Assembly (NCBI GenBank): GCA_963740355.1
Contig: CAVUDW010000003.1
Location: 992,001 to 1,056,000 of the forward strand
Source: an uncultured Gemmatimonadaceae bacterium
GTDB taxonomy: Bacteria > Gemmatimonadota > Gemmatimonadetes > Gemmatimonadales > Gemmatimonadaceae
Length of the DNA: 64,000 bases
Direction: 5' to 3'
Under the pieces are notes generated by a model that saw only the letters and a list, made by a program, of their open reading frames with translations, had not been told where the DNA came from and did no database searches. The position numbers and the translations under genes are program-made. Every line of letters starts with the position of its first letter. The stretch's first letter is position 1. Of the stretch, positions 39,842 through 49,492 are shown one piece after another.

Positions 39842-40618
39842 TCAGGCAGCCGGTGCGACGACGGCCGGGGCAATCAGCGCCAGCAGCGCGTCGTGGCTGA
39901 CGAGCTCAGGATCCGCGGGCTCCGTGCTGCGATGCCGCACGCCGCGCAGGACGAGTTCAACCGCATCGAGCGGCGCGTCGGCTTCTTCCTGCACATCGAA
40001 CGCCCACTTCCCGCGCTCGACACCCTTGATCGTGTGGCGGTAGCTGGCGGTGAGAATCCGCATGCGTGGTGACACAGCCGGCGGTGTCGCGACGACGTCG
40101 ACCGGTGCTTCATCGACCGGCGCTTCATCGACCAGTGCATCGTCGACCGTGCCATCATCGACAGCTGCGTCACCGACTTCGTCAAAGACTTCGTCAGCGA
40201 TCGTTGCGCCTGACATGCCGTACACATCGTCCGCGACCGCTTCGGCAATGACGTCGTCGACATCGGACATCAGTTCGGCAACGACACTCGCTTCCACGGT
40301 CTGCTCGGTCTCGTCGAGCAACGGCTCCTCTTCGGCGACCACGTTCTCCGCCACCACCTCATCAGCGACAACCTCCTCCGCCAGCGCCTCCGCTGCCACC
40401 ACATCCTCGTCCACCACGTCCTCGGCGGCAGGTGCTTCGTCAGCCGACACCGCATCCACCACCAGCTTCGGGGTCGGCGGCAGCACCGTCGCGATCACCG
40501 CCACGCCCGTCTCGAGCGTGCCGCGCCGAATGGGCGGAAAGAGGTGCAGTTCCACCACCGAGTCGACCGGCACGCGGGTGAGGACGCTGCGAAGGAATCG
40601 TTCCTGGGTTTCGGTCAT
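39842..40618 (-). CDS. Hypothetical protein with a long acidic low-complexity insertion
   Basis: Globular-looking N- and C-termini flank about 120 aa of D/E/V/A repeats. Stop is 16 nt before the fur start. Confidence 0.7.
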   Translation of the reverse strand: MTETQERFLRSVLTRVPVDSVVELHLFPPIRRGTLETGVAVIATVLPPTPKLVVDAVSADEAPAAEDVVDEDVVAAEALAEEVVADEVVAENVVAEEEPLLDETEQTVEASVVAELMSDVDDVIAEAVADDVYGMSGATIADEVFDEVGDAAVDDGTVDDALVDEAPVDEAPVDVVATPPAVSPRMRILTASYRHTIKGVERGKWAFDVQEEADAPLDAVELVLRGVRHRSTEPADPELVSHDALLALIAPAVVAPAA

Positions 40619-40888
40619 CAACAGATCCAGAAGTGGCGGCGACGGCGCCGCGACGTGCATCGAACTCTCGCTCGACGAGGAGACACCGGATGCCGACCTT
40701 CACACCCCGCGCCACGGTGACCATCCGAGATACCCCGGCGGCCTGTGCGTGGCTCCCGCTCCCCAATCCGGGACGGCCACACACCAATTTGCCTGGAAGG
40801 ACGTGTGCATTCAATGCTCCGGCTGAGGCCGATCGCCTCGTGGAGGCGTCTTTCGGCAGGCCGGCCGAACGGTGGCCGCTTGCGTCCG

Positions 40889-40907
40889 ACATCAGATCAT
40901 CAGATGT
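40889..40907 (+). promoter_or_regulatory. Candidate FadR/GntR autoregulatory operator
   Basis: ACATCAGATCATCAGATGT (direct repeat CATCAGAT, palindromic ends ACATC/GATGT) lies 7 nt before the regulator ATG. Confidence 0.55.
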
Positions 40908-40914
40908 TTGACCC

Positions 40915-41628
40915 ATGGCCACCATCGCCCGACTCTCGCTCGCCGACGCCGCCGCCGCCCAACTCGAAGCCCGAATCGCCGCCGGCGAGTGGGACGTGGG
41001 CAGCCGCCTCCCGACGGAGCCCGAGCTCATGGCGCAGCTCGGCGTTGGGCGATCGACCGTCAGGGAGGCGATCCGGACCCTCGCCCGGGTCGGCCTGGTG
41101 CAAGTCCGACAGGGCGACGGCACCTACGTCACCGGGAAGCCCAGCGACAACGAGTCGCTGCAGACCCGCTGTAACCGCGCCCACTTGAACGAAATTCGCG
41201 ACGTCCGGGAAGCGCTCGAGTTTCAGGCCGCACGCCTCGCCGCTGAGCGCCGCACCGACGACGACTTGCTCGCCCTTCGGCAGTTGCTGGACGCGCGCGC
41301 CGAGGCAGCAGCCAGGCACGATGCACGCGGCTATGCCGACGCCGACGTCGCCTTCCACCAGCGCATCGTGATCGCGACGCAGAACGACATGCTGATCGAT
41401 CTCTACCGCGTGCTCTGCGACACGCTCGTGCACTCACTCACAGCACGGAAGAAGGCGACCGAATTCGACGATGTCGACACCACCGCCGAGCACGAGGCGC
41501 TGCTGAACGCGATCGCAGCAGCAGATCCCGTCGCGGCAACAGTCGCGGTGACGACACTCTTTCGGCGAGGCCGAACCCCCGCGCCACCAGAGCACGTGAT
41601 GCAAGATCAATCGGAGCCGACATCGTGA
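40915..41628 (+). CDS. GntR/FadR-family transcriptional regulator
   Basis: RLPTEPELMAQLGVGRSTVREA, QGDGTYV and FCD-domain ADVAFHQRI. Confidence 0.92.
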   Translation: MATIARLSLADAAAAQLEARIAAGEWDVGSRLPTEPELMAQLGVGRSTVREAIRTLARVGLVQVRQGDGTYVTGKPSDNESLQTRCNRAHLNEIRDVREALEFQAARLAAERRTDDDLLALRQLLDARAEAAARHDARGYADADVAFHQRIVIATQNDMLIDLYRVLCDTLVHSLTARKKATEFDDVDTTAEHEALLNAIAAADPVAATVAVTTLFRRGRTPAPPEHVMQDQSEPTS

Positions 41629-42824
41629 CCGCCATCGCTGCGCCAATCGCACAAAGCACCTCGCGGCCACGCTTCGATCGCCCCTCGGTGCTGCGCCTGA
41701 TGCTTGGCCATGGCGCGACGGATTTCTATCAGGCCGCCGTGCCGGCACTGGTGCCGTACTTCATCGCCACCTTTCACCTCACACTCGCACGCGGCGCCAC
41801 CGCGGTGTTTGCAGCCACGATCCTGTCGGCGGTCCTGCAACCGTATTTCGGGTGGCTGGCCGATCGCCGCGCCACACCGTGGCTGACCACGGGAGGATTG
41901 ATCCTCGCCGCAGGAGGCGTCGCACTCGCCGTGCTGGCACCGACGTATCCGATCGCGCTGGCGGCGGTGGCTGCCGCGGGCATCGGCGTGGCAGCGTTTC
42001 ATCCGGAAGCGACACGCGCGGTGAACATGTTCTCCGGCGACCGGAAGGGCGCTGGCATGAGCTTCTTCACGATCGGCGGCAACATCGGCTTCGCGCTGGC
42101 ACCGATCATCGTCGTGCCACTCGCGAATCCCACCAGTCGCCCGGTGCTGGCGGCCCTCTGCCTGATCTCGATTCCCTGCGCCTGGATCCTGAATCGCGCG
42201 ATGGGCGCACTCCCGCGCGAGCGCGGACATGCATCACGCTCTGCCGCGCATGATGCGACGCTGCCGACCGATGCCTGGGGCGCATTTGCGCTGCTCGGCA
42301 TTGCCATCGGCATGCGCAGCATGATGGTGGTGGCCATGAACACCTTCCTGCCGACCTACTGGTCGCGCTCACTCCACGTCACGCTGCAAAGCGGAGCGTT
42401 CGCCCTCTCGATGTTGCTGACGATCGGCCTCGCCGGCGTCTTCGTCGGTGGCAAGCTCGCGGATCGCGTTGGAGCGAAGCGTGTGATCCTCTGGAGTTTC
42501 GCGGCCATCGGCCCGGCGTTCTTCCTGCTCGCGCGCGCGCACACCCTCATCGAGGCATGGTTGGCGCTCCCGATCCTCGCATTCGCCCTCTTCGCCCCTG
42601 GTGGCGTGATGGTGGTGCTGGGTCAGGCCTACCTGCCGCGACACCTCGGCACCGCCTCAGGCGTGACCGTTGGACTCGCCGTCACGTTCGGCGGCCTCGC
42701 CGCACCGTTGCTTGGCCGCATGGCCGACATCAACGGCCTTCACGCGATGATCCTGCTGCTCGCGGCCTGCGCACCGATCATGGCGATGCTGGCGTGGATG
42801 CTGCCTGATCGTCGTCACGTTTGA
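41625..42824 (+). CDS. MFS transporter (Fsr/fosmidomycin-resistance-like)
   Basis: Motifs QPYFGWLADRR, AAFHPEA, GGNIGFALAP and GGKLADRVGAK. GTGA overlap with the regulator. Confidence 0.88.
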   Translation: MTAIAAPIAQSTSRPRFDRPSVLRLMLGHGATDFYQAAVPALVPYFIATFHLTLARGATAVFAATILSAVLQPYFGWLADRRATPWLTTGGLILAAGGVALAVLAPTYPIALAAVAAAGIGVAAFHPEATRAVNMFSGDRKGAGMSFFTIGGNIGFALAPIIVVPLANPTSRPVLAALCLISIPCAWILNRAMGALPRERGHASRSAAHDATLPTDAWGAFALLGIAIGMRSMMVVAMNTFLPTYWSRSLHVTLQSGAFALSMLLTIGLAGVFVGGKLADRVGAKRVILWSFAAIGPAFFLLARAHTLIEAWLALPILAFALFAPGGVMVVLGQAYLPRHLGTASGVTVGLAVTFGGLAAPLLGRMADINGLHAMILLLAACAPIMAMLAWMLPDRRHV

Positions 42825-43884
42825 CGGGGGCCGTGACTTCGCCCTCGAGGATGACGGTCGCGCCCACCTCGCGGTAGCCGCCGAGCATGACTGGCGAGGT
42901 GGGATCGGCGTGGTGCAGCAACGGCATGCGGATGGCGAAGTTCGACACGATCCACTGACCGTTCGCCAGACGGCGTAGCACGACTTCGCCGCCAGCATGT
43001 TTCGCCTGCACGGGAATCAATCGGCGGGACATGACGTAGCGGAACTCGATGCGCCGCAGTTCGCCGCTGAGTGTGTCGACGAACGCCGTGCCTTCGACAT
43101 CGGCCACCGAGCGGCCACGTACGGGTTGAAAGCTCAACTCGGCCAGTGCCGGATCCCGGTCGCGCTTTGGCGTGGCGAAGCAATGCGTGGTGAGAAATGC
43201 GTCGCTCAACAACGATTGCTCGTCAGGGGCGAAGAACGAGAAATCGCCGCCCTCCTCGCGCCGCACATAGCCGACCGACGCGAGTGAGTCGGCGTTGAAC
43301 GCCGAGTATGGGCGACCGTAGCCGGCGCCACTGCGGGTGATGATCGAGCTCAACTCCATCAGCGCCGGCGTGAGTTCACGTTGACGCTCGACGATGCGCA
43401 GCCGCGGCATGTTGAGCGAGTCGGCACGCGACAGCGTGGACGCGCGAAGTGCGAGCGTGATCTGTTCCCACAGTGTCGCGGCGCGATCTTCGCCTTCCGG
43501 CGCGCGTCCGCAGATGCCGGCGTTGGCGAGCACGCGCACGGGCGGCAACGCCTGGCGGATGGCTTGCACGCGAAGTGGCAACGTGACGACAGCCCCAGCT
43601 GCCACACGAATCGGCGGCATTCGGCGCGGCGTGAGACCGATGCGACGCACGGTGATGGTCCACAATCCGGCAGATGGCAGCTTCAGCGAAGCGAGCCCAC
43701 CGACATTGCTCAGCGCATCGACCGTGACGGTTCCAAGCGAATCCCGAGCGCTGACCAAGGCACCCGGAACGGGCCCGCCGGTCGTCGAATCTCGCAGCTC
43801 GACACGCACGACCTGCGCGTGAAGAGCGACCGCGGCCATAAGCGGGAGCAGCGCGCGACCGAAACACGACATCGCGCCGCGCAT
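42778..43884 (-). CDS. Exported carboxypeptidase-regulatory-like domain protein
   Basis: Signal peptide (LHA-Q), LRDSTTGGPVPGALV and VRRIGL. Start uncertain (43884 or 43872). Confidence 0.65.
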   Translation of the reverse strand: MRGAMSCFGRALLPLMAAVALHAQVVRVELRDSTTGGPVPGALVSARDSLGTVTVDALSNVGGLASLKLPSAGLWTITVRRIGLTPRRMPPIRVAAGAVVTLPLRVQAIRQALPPVRVLANAGICGRAPEGEDRAATLWEQITLALRASTLSRADSLNMPRLRIVERQRELTPALMELSSIITRSGAGYGRPYSAFNADSLASVGYVRREEGGDFSFFAPDEQSLLSDAFLTTHCFATPKRDRDPALAELSFQPVRGRSVADVEGTAFVDTLSGELRRIEFRYVMSRRLIPVQAKHAGGEVVLRRLANGQWIVSNFAIRMPLLHHADPTSPVMLGGYREVGATVILEGEVTAPVKRDDDQAASTPASP

Positions 43885-43980
43885 GGATCCTTTCATCTGG
43901 CCGAGGCGCTTAATTTTGGAGAATTCACAGCGTGACATAACCCGCGCGCTCCACCAACGTCAACTGGACCTCAGAGACAT

Positions 43981-44427
43981 ATGGCTGCACATACGATCAA
44001 GCCGCTCGTCACCGCCACCGCGACCAGCACCGGTGGCCGCAATGGTCATTCCGAAACGACGGACGGCTCCGTCAGCGTCAACCTCTCGGTTCGCAAGGAA
44101 ATGGGCGGACCCGGCCTGCCGAATACCACCACACCGGAACATCTGTTCGCAGCAGGATACGCAGCCTGCTTCGGCGGCGCGCTGGAATTCGTGGCGAGCC
44201 AGCACAAGAAGGACGTGAAGGGCGCCAGCACGACCTGCGAAACCACGATCGGACCGCGTGAAGGCGGCGGGTTCGGCATCGCAGTGAAGATGCTCGTGAA
44301 GGTGCCGACGCTCAGCACCGCTGATGCCACGGTGCTGGCGAACGAAACGCATGAAAATATCTGTCCCTACAGCCACGCCACGCGCGGCAACATCGACTTT
44401 GCGTTGACCGTCGAAGGCAACGACTGA
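43981..44427 (+). CDS. ohr: Organic hydroperoxide resistance protein (Ohr/OsmC family)
   Basis: Motifs GGRNG, PEHLFAAGYAACF and ICPYSHATRGN. Confidence 0.92.
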   Translation: MAAHTIKPLVTATATSTGGRNGHSETTDGSVSVNLSVRKEMGGPGLPNTTTPEHLFAAGYAACFGGALEFVASQHKKDVKGASTTCETTIGPREGGGFGIAVKMLVKVPTLSTADATVLANETHENICPYSHATRGNIDFALTVEGND

Positions 44428-44464
44428 TCACGGGCGATGCGTGCTCCGGCCACGCTGCGATGCA

Positions 44465-46759
44465 CTAAAGCAGCGTGACCGGATCACGATCCCATGCCAG
44501 CCGCAGGCCAGCGGTGGATGGCACCGGGCCGTGCTCGACGACGTAGCGGCCGATGCGACCCAGCATCTCGGTGTCGCGACTCTTCACCAGGAAGTGCCAC
44601 CGCCAGCGCTGCTTTATGCGCTCTACCGGGCAGGGTGCCGCACCGACGATCTCGACGGCGCCCGGCATGCGCGTCTCCACCAATCGACGCGTCCACTCCG
44701 CAAGCGCGCGTGCCGCATCGGCGGTGGCCAGTTCTTCGGTGCCGCTCACGACGGCATTCGCGAGGAACAACGTCGGTGGATAGGGCGGACTGGTGCGACC
44801 GGCCAGTTCCTCGGCGGCGAAACGCAGGTAGTCATGCGTCACCGCGCAGGTGACCGCGTGATGCGTCGGCTCGCGCGTCTGGATGAACACTTCCCCGCCC
44901 TTCGCGCCGCGTCCTGCACGACCAGCCACCTGGCTGAGGAGCTGGAAGCAGCGCTCACTGGCACGAAAGTCTGGAAGATTGATGCCGACATCGGCGTCGA
45001 TCACGCCAACCAGCGTGACATTCGGAAAGTCGAGTCCCTTCGCAATCATCTGCGTGCCGAGCAGGATGTCGACTTCACCGGAGGACACACGATCGAGGAT
45101 CGTGGCGTGTGCCCACTTGGCGCCGGTGGTGTCCATGTCCATGCGCGCGATCCGCGCCTCCGGCCATCGCTCCGCGAGCAAGCGCTCGAGCTGCTGCGTG
45201 CCAAGGCCGCGTTCGCGGAGTGGCGGACCGCTGCAGTTCGGGCAGTGCGCAGGAGGCGCCTCGCGATGACCACAGTAGTGGCAGGCAAGACGTTCCGGCG
45301 TGCGATGATAGGTGAGGGCGATCGCGCAGTTCGGGCACTGCGCGACCCATCCGCAATCGCCGCACTGCATGAAGTGTGCGTACCCGCGTCGATTGAGGAG
45401 CAGGATCGACTGTTCCTTCTTCGCGATGCGTTCGGTGATCGCCTTCTCGAGCGCTGGCGTGATGGCGTGCGCGAGCGAGGTGCCTTGCGGCGTGACTGAC
45501 GCACCCGAGCCGCCCTGTTGTTGCGTGCGCCGCACGGCTGCTTCCTTTCGACGATCGATCACGTGCACGGCTGGCAGCTGCGCACCACCCGCTCTTTCCG
45601 GCAGTTCGAGCAACACCAACTCGCCGCGTTGCGCCTGCGTCCAGCTTTCGAGGCTGGGGCTGGCGCTGCCGAGCACGAAGGTCGCACCTTCTGCAACAGC
45701 GCGCACGCGTGCGAGGTCACGTGCGTGGTAGCGTGGTGACTCCCCCTGCTTGTACGTCGCCTCGTGCTCCTCGTCGACGACGATCGCGCCCAGCTGGTGC
45801 ACCGGCGCAAAGATGGCGGAGCGCGCACCGACGACGATCCGCTTTTCTCCACGCCGGATCTGCGCCCAGGCGTCGTATCGTTCGCCATCGGACAGCGCCG
45901 AGTGCAGGACGGCCACCTGGTCACCGAACGCCGTGCGAAACCGATCAACTGTTTGTGGCGTGAGCGCGATTTCCGGCACCAGCACGATCGCGCCCTGCCC
46001 GCGTCGCTCGATCACGTCGCGCAGATACTCGATGTAGACGAGCGTCTTGCCGCTGCCAGTGACGCCGCGCAGCAACGCACCGGCACCGGGCGGCAGTGCT
46101 GACAGCGCCGCGATTGCGCGCGTCTGTGCATCGGTAGGGACGAGCTTTTGTGCCGCTGCGATCGCACGGGTCGAGAACGGGTCGCGCGTGACCGGCGCCG
46201 AATCGATGGCCACCAGGCCGCGATTCACCAGCTGCTTGAGCACCGCATCCGTCACGTCGGCCTGCTCGAGCAATGCGCGCACCGGATGCGTGTTGCCCAG
46301 CGACTCGAGCAACTCGAACAACATGCGCTGCTTCGGTGCCCGCTTGAACAGCGCATCCCGCTCCATCAGGCTTTCGAGCGGTGATGCAATACGTGCCACA
46401 CGCTGGCGCTTGATTGGCGCCACCGGCACCGCGACCCCGGTCAGTGCGACCGGCAGCATGGCGCGCAGCACGATGCCGGGTGGTGCGGCGTAGTACCGGG
46501 CCATCCAGCGCGCGAGCACCAGTAGCTCCGGCGAGAGCGCGGGATCGATGTCGGGCGCGTTGATGATGTCACGCAGCTTGCCCTTCGCGGGCGCTGGCAC
46601 ATCGATCGCGGTGACGATGCCGATCAACGTGCGCCCGCCGAGGGGCACCACGACCCGGGCGCCGGGCACGACTCGGTCACGCCATTGCTCCGGCACGGCG
46701 TACACGTACGCGCGCGGAACCGCGACAGGAAGCGCGACGGCAGCCAGCAGAGTGGTCAC
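44465..46759 (-). CDS. priA: Primosomal protein N' (replication restart helicase)
   Basis: Motifs GVTGSGKT, VPEIALTPQ, DEEH, LNRRGY, four CxxC pairs and GTQMIAKGLDF. Confidence 0.97.
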   Translation of the reverse strand: MTTLLAAVALPVAVPRAYVYAVPEQWRDRVVPGARVVVPLGGRTLIGIVTAIDVPAPAKGKLRDIINAPDIDPALSPELLVLARWMARYYAAPPGIVLRAMLPVALTGVAVPVAPIKRQRVARIASPLESLMERDALFKRAPKQRMLFELLESLGNTHPVRALLEQADVTDAVLKQLVNRGLVAIDSAPVTRDPFSTRAIAAAQKLVPTDAQTRAIAALSALPPGAGALLRGVTGSGKTLVYIEYLRDVIERRGQGAIVLVPEIALTPQTVDRFRTAFGDQVAVLHSALSDGERYDAWAQIRRGEKRIVVGARSAIFAPVHQLGAIVVDEEHEATYKQGESPRYHARDLARVRAVAEGATFVLGSASPSLESWTQAQRGELVLLELPERAGGAQLPAVHVIDRRKEAAVRRTQQQGGSGASVTPQGTSLAHAITPALEKAITERIAKKEQSILLLNRRGYAHFMQCGDCGWVAQCPNCAIALTYHRTPERLACHYCGHREAPPAHCPNCSGPPLRERGLGTQQLERLLAERWPEARIARMDMDTTGAKWAHATILDRVSSGEVDILLGTQMIAKGLDFPNVTLVGVIDADVGINLPDFRASERCFQLLSQVAGRAGRGAKGGEVFIQTREPTHHAVTCAVTHDYLRFAAEELAGRTSPPYPPTLFLANAVVSGTEELATADAARALAEWTRRLVETRMPGAVEIVGAAPCPVERIKQRWRWHFLVKSRDTEMLGRIGRYVVEHGPVPSTAGLRLAWDRDPVTLL

Positions 46760-46773
46760 CCGATCAACCTAAC

Positions 46774-47805
46774 TTACCGACGGGTGACGCCGAGCCCCGG
46801 GGCGGTGGGAAGCGACACGATTCCGTTCGTGATCGTGGCGCCAACGAATGGATCGTGTCGAAGCAGCGCCGCACCATCGAGGTCGACGCAGTCGAGGAGC
46901 GGCGCCAGGTGTGCCGCCGCGGTGATGCCGAGGGATGTCTCGATCATGCAGCCAGCCATTACCAGCATGCCGTGCGAACGCGCGGTGTGGATGATGCGGA
47001 TCGCCTCACGCAGCGAGCCACACTTGGCGAGCTTCAGGTTCACGCCATCGACGACGCCCACCAGCTTCGCGACGTCGCTGGCTACGAGGCAACTCTCGTC
47101 AGCGACGATCGGCAGGTCACAGTGGTCGCGCACGAATCGCAACCCCGCGAGGTCCGTCGGCGGCAGCGGCTGCTCGATGAACTCCACCGCGAGTTCCGTC
47201 AGGAGCGGCGCCATCGCGAGCGTCTGCTTGGGTGTCCAGGCCGCATTGGCGTCGACGCGCAGCACGGCGTCCGGCGCTTCTTCACGCACCAGCGTGATGA
47301 TGCGACGATCGCGGTCACTGCCCAGCTTCACCTTCAGGATCGGATAACCCGCCGCGACAGCCTCTTGCACACGTGAACGGAGCGTGTCGTCGTCGGCTGC
47401 GATGGCGATGGTGAAGCTGGTTCGCGGGCTCGCAGACGGCGTCAGGCCCCAGAGCTTCCAGAGCGGCACACCAAGTCGCTTGCCCTGCAAGTCGTGCAAC
47501 GCTGCACTGACCGCACAGCGCGCGGCCGCATTGAATCGCAGCGCAGTCACCATCGCCACTTCGATTTTCTCGATCTCCGAGGCGTTGGACTCCTCGATGA
47601 TCGGGCGCAACCGCTCGAGGGCTGCGAGCACCGTGTCGGCCGTTTCGCCGTAGAACCGGCTCGGCGCCGCTTCGCCCCACCCTTCCAGGCCATCCTCGTC
47701 GATCAGCCGCACCCAGACCACGCGCCACTCGCTCGACCCGCCTCGTGCGATGACGAAGGGATGCGTCGTGTGGACGGTGAGGACTTCGGTTTCGAGTCGG
47801 ATCAT
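46774..47805 (-). CDS. L-Ala-D/L-Glu dipeptide epimerase (enolase superfamily)
   Basis: Motifs FVIARG, LKVKLG, VDANAAW, IEQP, ADES, GCMIET and DLDG. Confidence 0.9.
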   Translation of the reverse strand: MIRLETEVLTVHTTHPFVIARGGSSEWRVVWVRLIDEDGLEGWGEAAPSRFYGETADTVLAALERLRPIIEESNASEIEKIEVAMVTALRFNAAARCAVSAALHDLQGKRLGVPLWKLWGLTPSASPRTSFTIAIAADDDTLRSRVQEAVAAGYPILKVKLGSDRDRRIITLVREEAPDAVLRVDANAAWTPKQTLAMAPLLTELAVEFIEQPLPPTDLAGLRFVRDHCDLPIVADESCLVASDVAKLVGVVDGVNLKLAKCGSLREAIRIIHTARSHGMLVMAGCMIETSLGITAAAHLAPLLDCVDLDGAALLRHDPFVGATITNGIVSLPTAPGLGVTRR

Positions 47806-48806
47806 GGGGCGATGGCGGGCGTCAGGCGGGCGAGGCGCGCCGCACGAACGGCGGGTACGTCGAGCGACGCGGAATCGATCACGCGAATCAACGCATCGGC
47901 GAGGTCGACGCCACGCTGGTACCGCTCGCTCGCCGCCTTGGTGAGGCAGCGCATCGTGATCTGTGACAACATCGGCGACACCGCCGGTGCGGTGACATCC
48001 AGCGGCGTGGGCATTTCATGCACATGCTTGTAGCCGACCGCGTACGAGTCTTCGCCGTCGAATGGCGGGACACCGGCCAACATTTCGTAGAGCATCACGC
48101 CGCACGCATACACATCGCTGCGACCGTCGACGGGCTTCCCCATCGCCTGCTCCGGCGACATGTAGTGCGGAGTGCCCATGGCGCGGCCGGTGCCGGTCAG
48201 TCCCTTGTGAAAGCCCGCCGTGGCAATGCCGAAGTCGGTGATCAGCGCCGTGCCATCGGCATCGAACAGCACGTTGTCCGGCTTCACGTCGCGGTGCACG
48301 ATGCCGTGGCGATGCGCATGATCGAGACCGGTGGCAATCTGCGCGACGATCGCTGCACTCTCGGTCGGCGGCACTGTGCGATGGCGCGCCAGCCGATCGG
48401 CCAACGATCCACCGGGCAGGAACGGCATCACCACGAACGTGCTGTCGCGAGTCACGCCGGCGTCGAGGATCGTGCAGACGTTCGGATGGCTGAGCCGACT
48501 CGCCGCCTCTGCCTCGCGCCGGAATCGCTCGCGCATCTCGGGATCGCGGGAGAGGTGCGAATACAACACCTTGATCACCACGCGACGCCCGAGCACGGAA
48601 TGCGACGCCTCGTACACATGCGCCATGCCGCCGCTGGCAATGCGGCGCACGATGGCGAACCGGCCACCCGTCGCGCGACGCAACGCCGTGATCTCCGCGT
48701 CGGGCACATCGATGGGAGGCGCGGAGACATTGGGCAACGCATGGCCGCACCGCACACAATTCGGCGCAGCGGAGCGATTCCAGGTGCCACAATCAGGGCA
48801 GAACAT
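47802..48806 (-). CDS. Cytoplasmic Hanks-type Ser/Thr kinase with N-terminal zinc ribbon
   Basis: CPDC..CVRC, then GGMAHVY, VIK, HRDVKPDN, DFG and GTPHYMSPE. Confidence 0.92.
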   Translation of the reverse strand: MFCPDCGTWNRSAAPNCVRCGHALPNVSAPPIDVPDAEITALRRATGGRFAIVRRIASGGMAHVYEASHSVLGRRVVIKVLYSHLSRDPEMRERFRREAEAASRLSHPNVCTILDAGVTRDSTFVVMPFLPGGSLADRLARHRTVPPTESAAIVAQIATGLDHAHRHGIVHRDVKPDNVLFDADGTALITDFGIATAGFHKGLTGTGRAMGTPHYMSPEQAMGKPVDGRSDVYACGVMLYEMLAGVPPFDGEDSYAVGYKHVHEMPTPLDVTAPAVSPMLSQITMRCLTKAASERYQRGVDLADALIRVIDSASLDVPAVRAARLARLTPAIAP

Positions 48807-48823
48807 GCAGAGCGGGGTTCAGG

Positions 48824-49492
48824 CTAGAACTGGAGCCGGACAAAATCGTACACGGGCCACGGTCCGGTGAGACGCAGCGTGAGACCTGGCGACCGGACGT
48901 CCTCCGCAGCGACCTCAGCCGCAAAGCGATCCCACGATACGCGCTCCACGAGGAACGCCTCCGTCGCGATCGTTGTCCCGTCACCCACAGTATCGGAGGA
49001 GACAGGCACAGTGGCCGCCGCGTAACGTCGAAGCGAGCGGAACGATTCGACCGCCGCAGCTGACGGCGGCAAGACCGAGGGGTCGGACGTGGCGCCGGCG
49101 GCGTCGCGATCCGCCGTCACGCGGGCTGCGATCCGACCATCGATGTAGGCGAGCCCATCCGCCAGTGCTACGGCGTGCAGCTCGAGCCACTGAAGGGCGC
49201 TGGCGGCCGTGCGGAACGTCGTCAACGGCGGCGCTGGAATGATCGTGGCTGTCCGCGACAGCGCTGCAATCGCCGCGTGGTGCTCGAGCAGCACGGCCTC
49301 GCTGACGGTGTCGTGATGCTTCGCGCACGGGCGCACGATGGCCGCCACATCACGGAACGAGATGCCATGCGCACCGGCGCCCGAGAGTCGGACCGCGTCA
49401 GTGATCGCGTTGGCATGCACCACGCCGATCAGGCGGAAAGCGCCAGCGCGCGCGGGCGGCACCACACCCGTACCCATGCTCGGCGTCGGCAC
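48824..49492 (-). CDS. GvpL/GvpF-family protein (orphan)
   Basis: LLEHHAAI..TIIP, AFLVER..F and C-terminal LTGPWPVYDFV. GTG start overlaps the corA stop. Confidence 0.75.
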   Translation of the reverse strand: MPTPSMGTGVVPPARAGAFRLIGVVHANAITDAVRLSGAGAHGISFRDVAAIVRPCAKHHDTVSEAVLLEHHAAIAALSRTATIIPAPPLTTFRTAASALQWLELHAVALADGLAYIDGRIAARVTADRDAAGATSDPSVLPPSAAAVESFRSLRRYAAATVPVSSDTVGDGTTIATEAFLVERVSWDRFAAEVAAEDVRSPGLTLRLTGPWPVYDFVRLQF

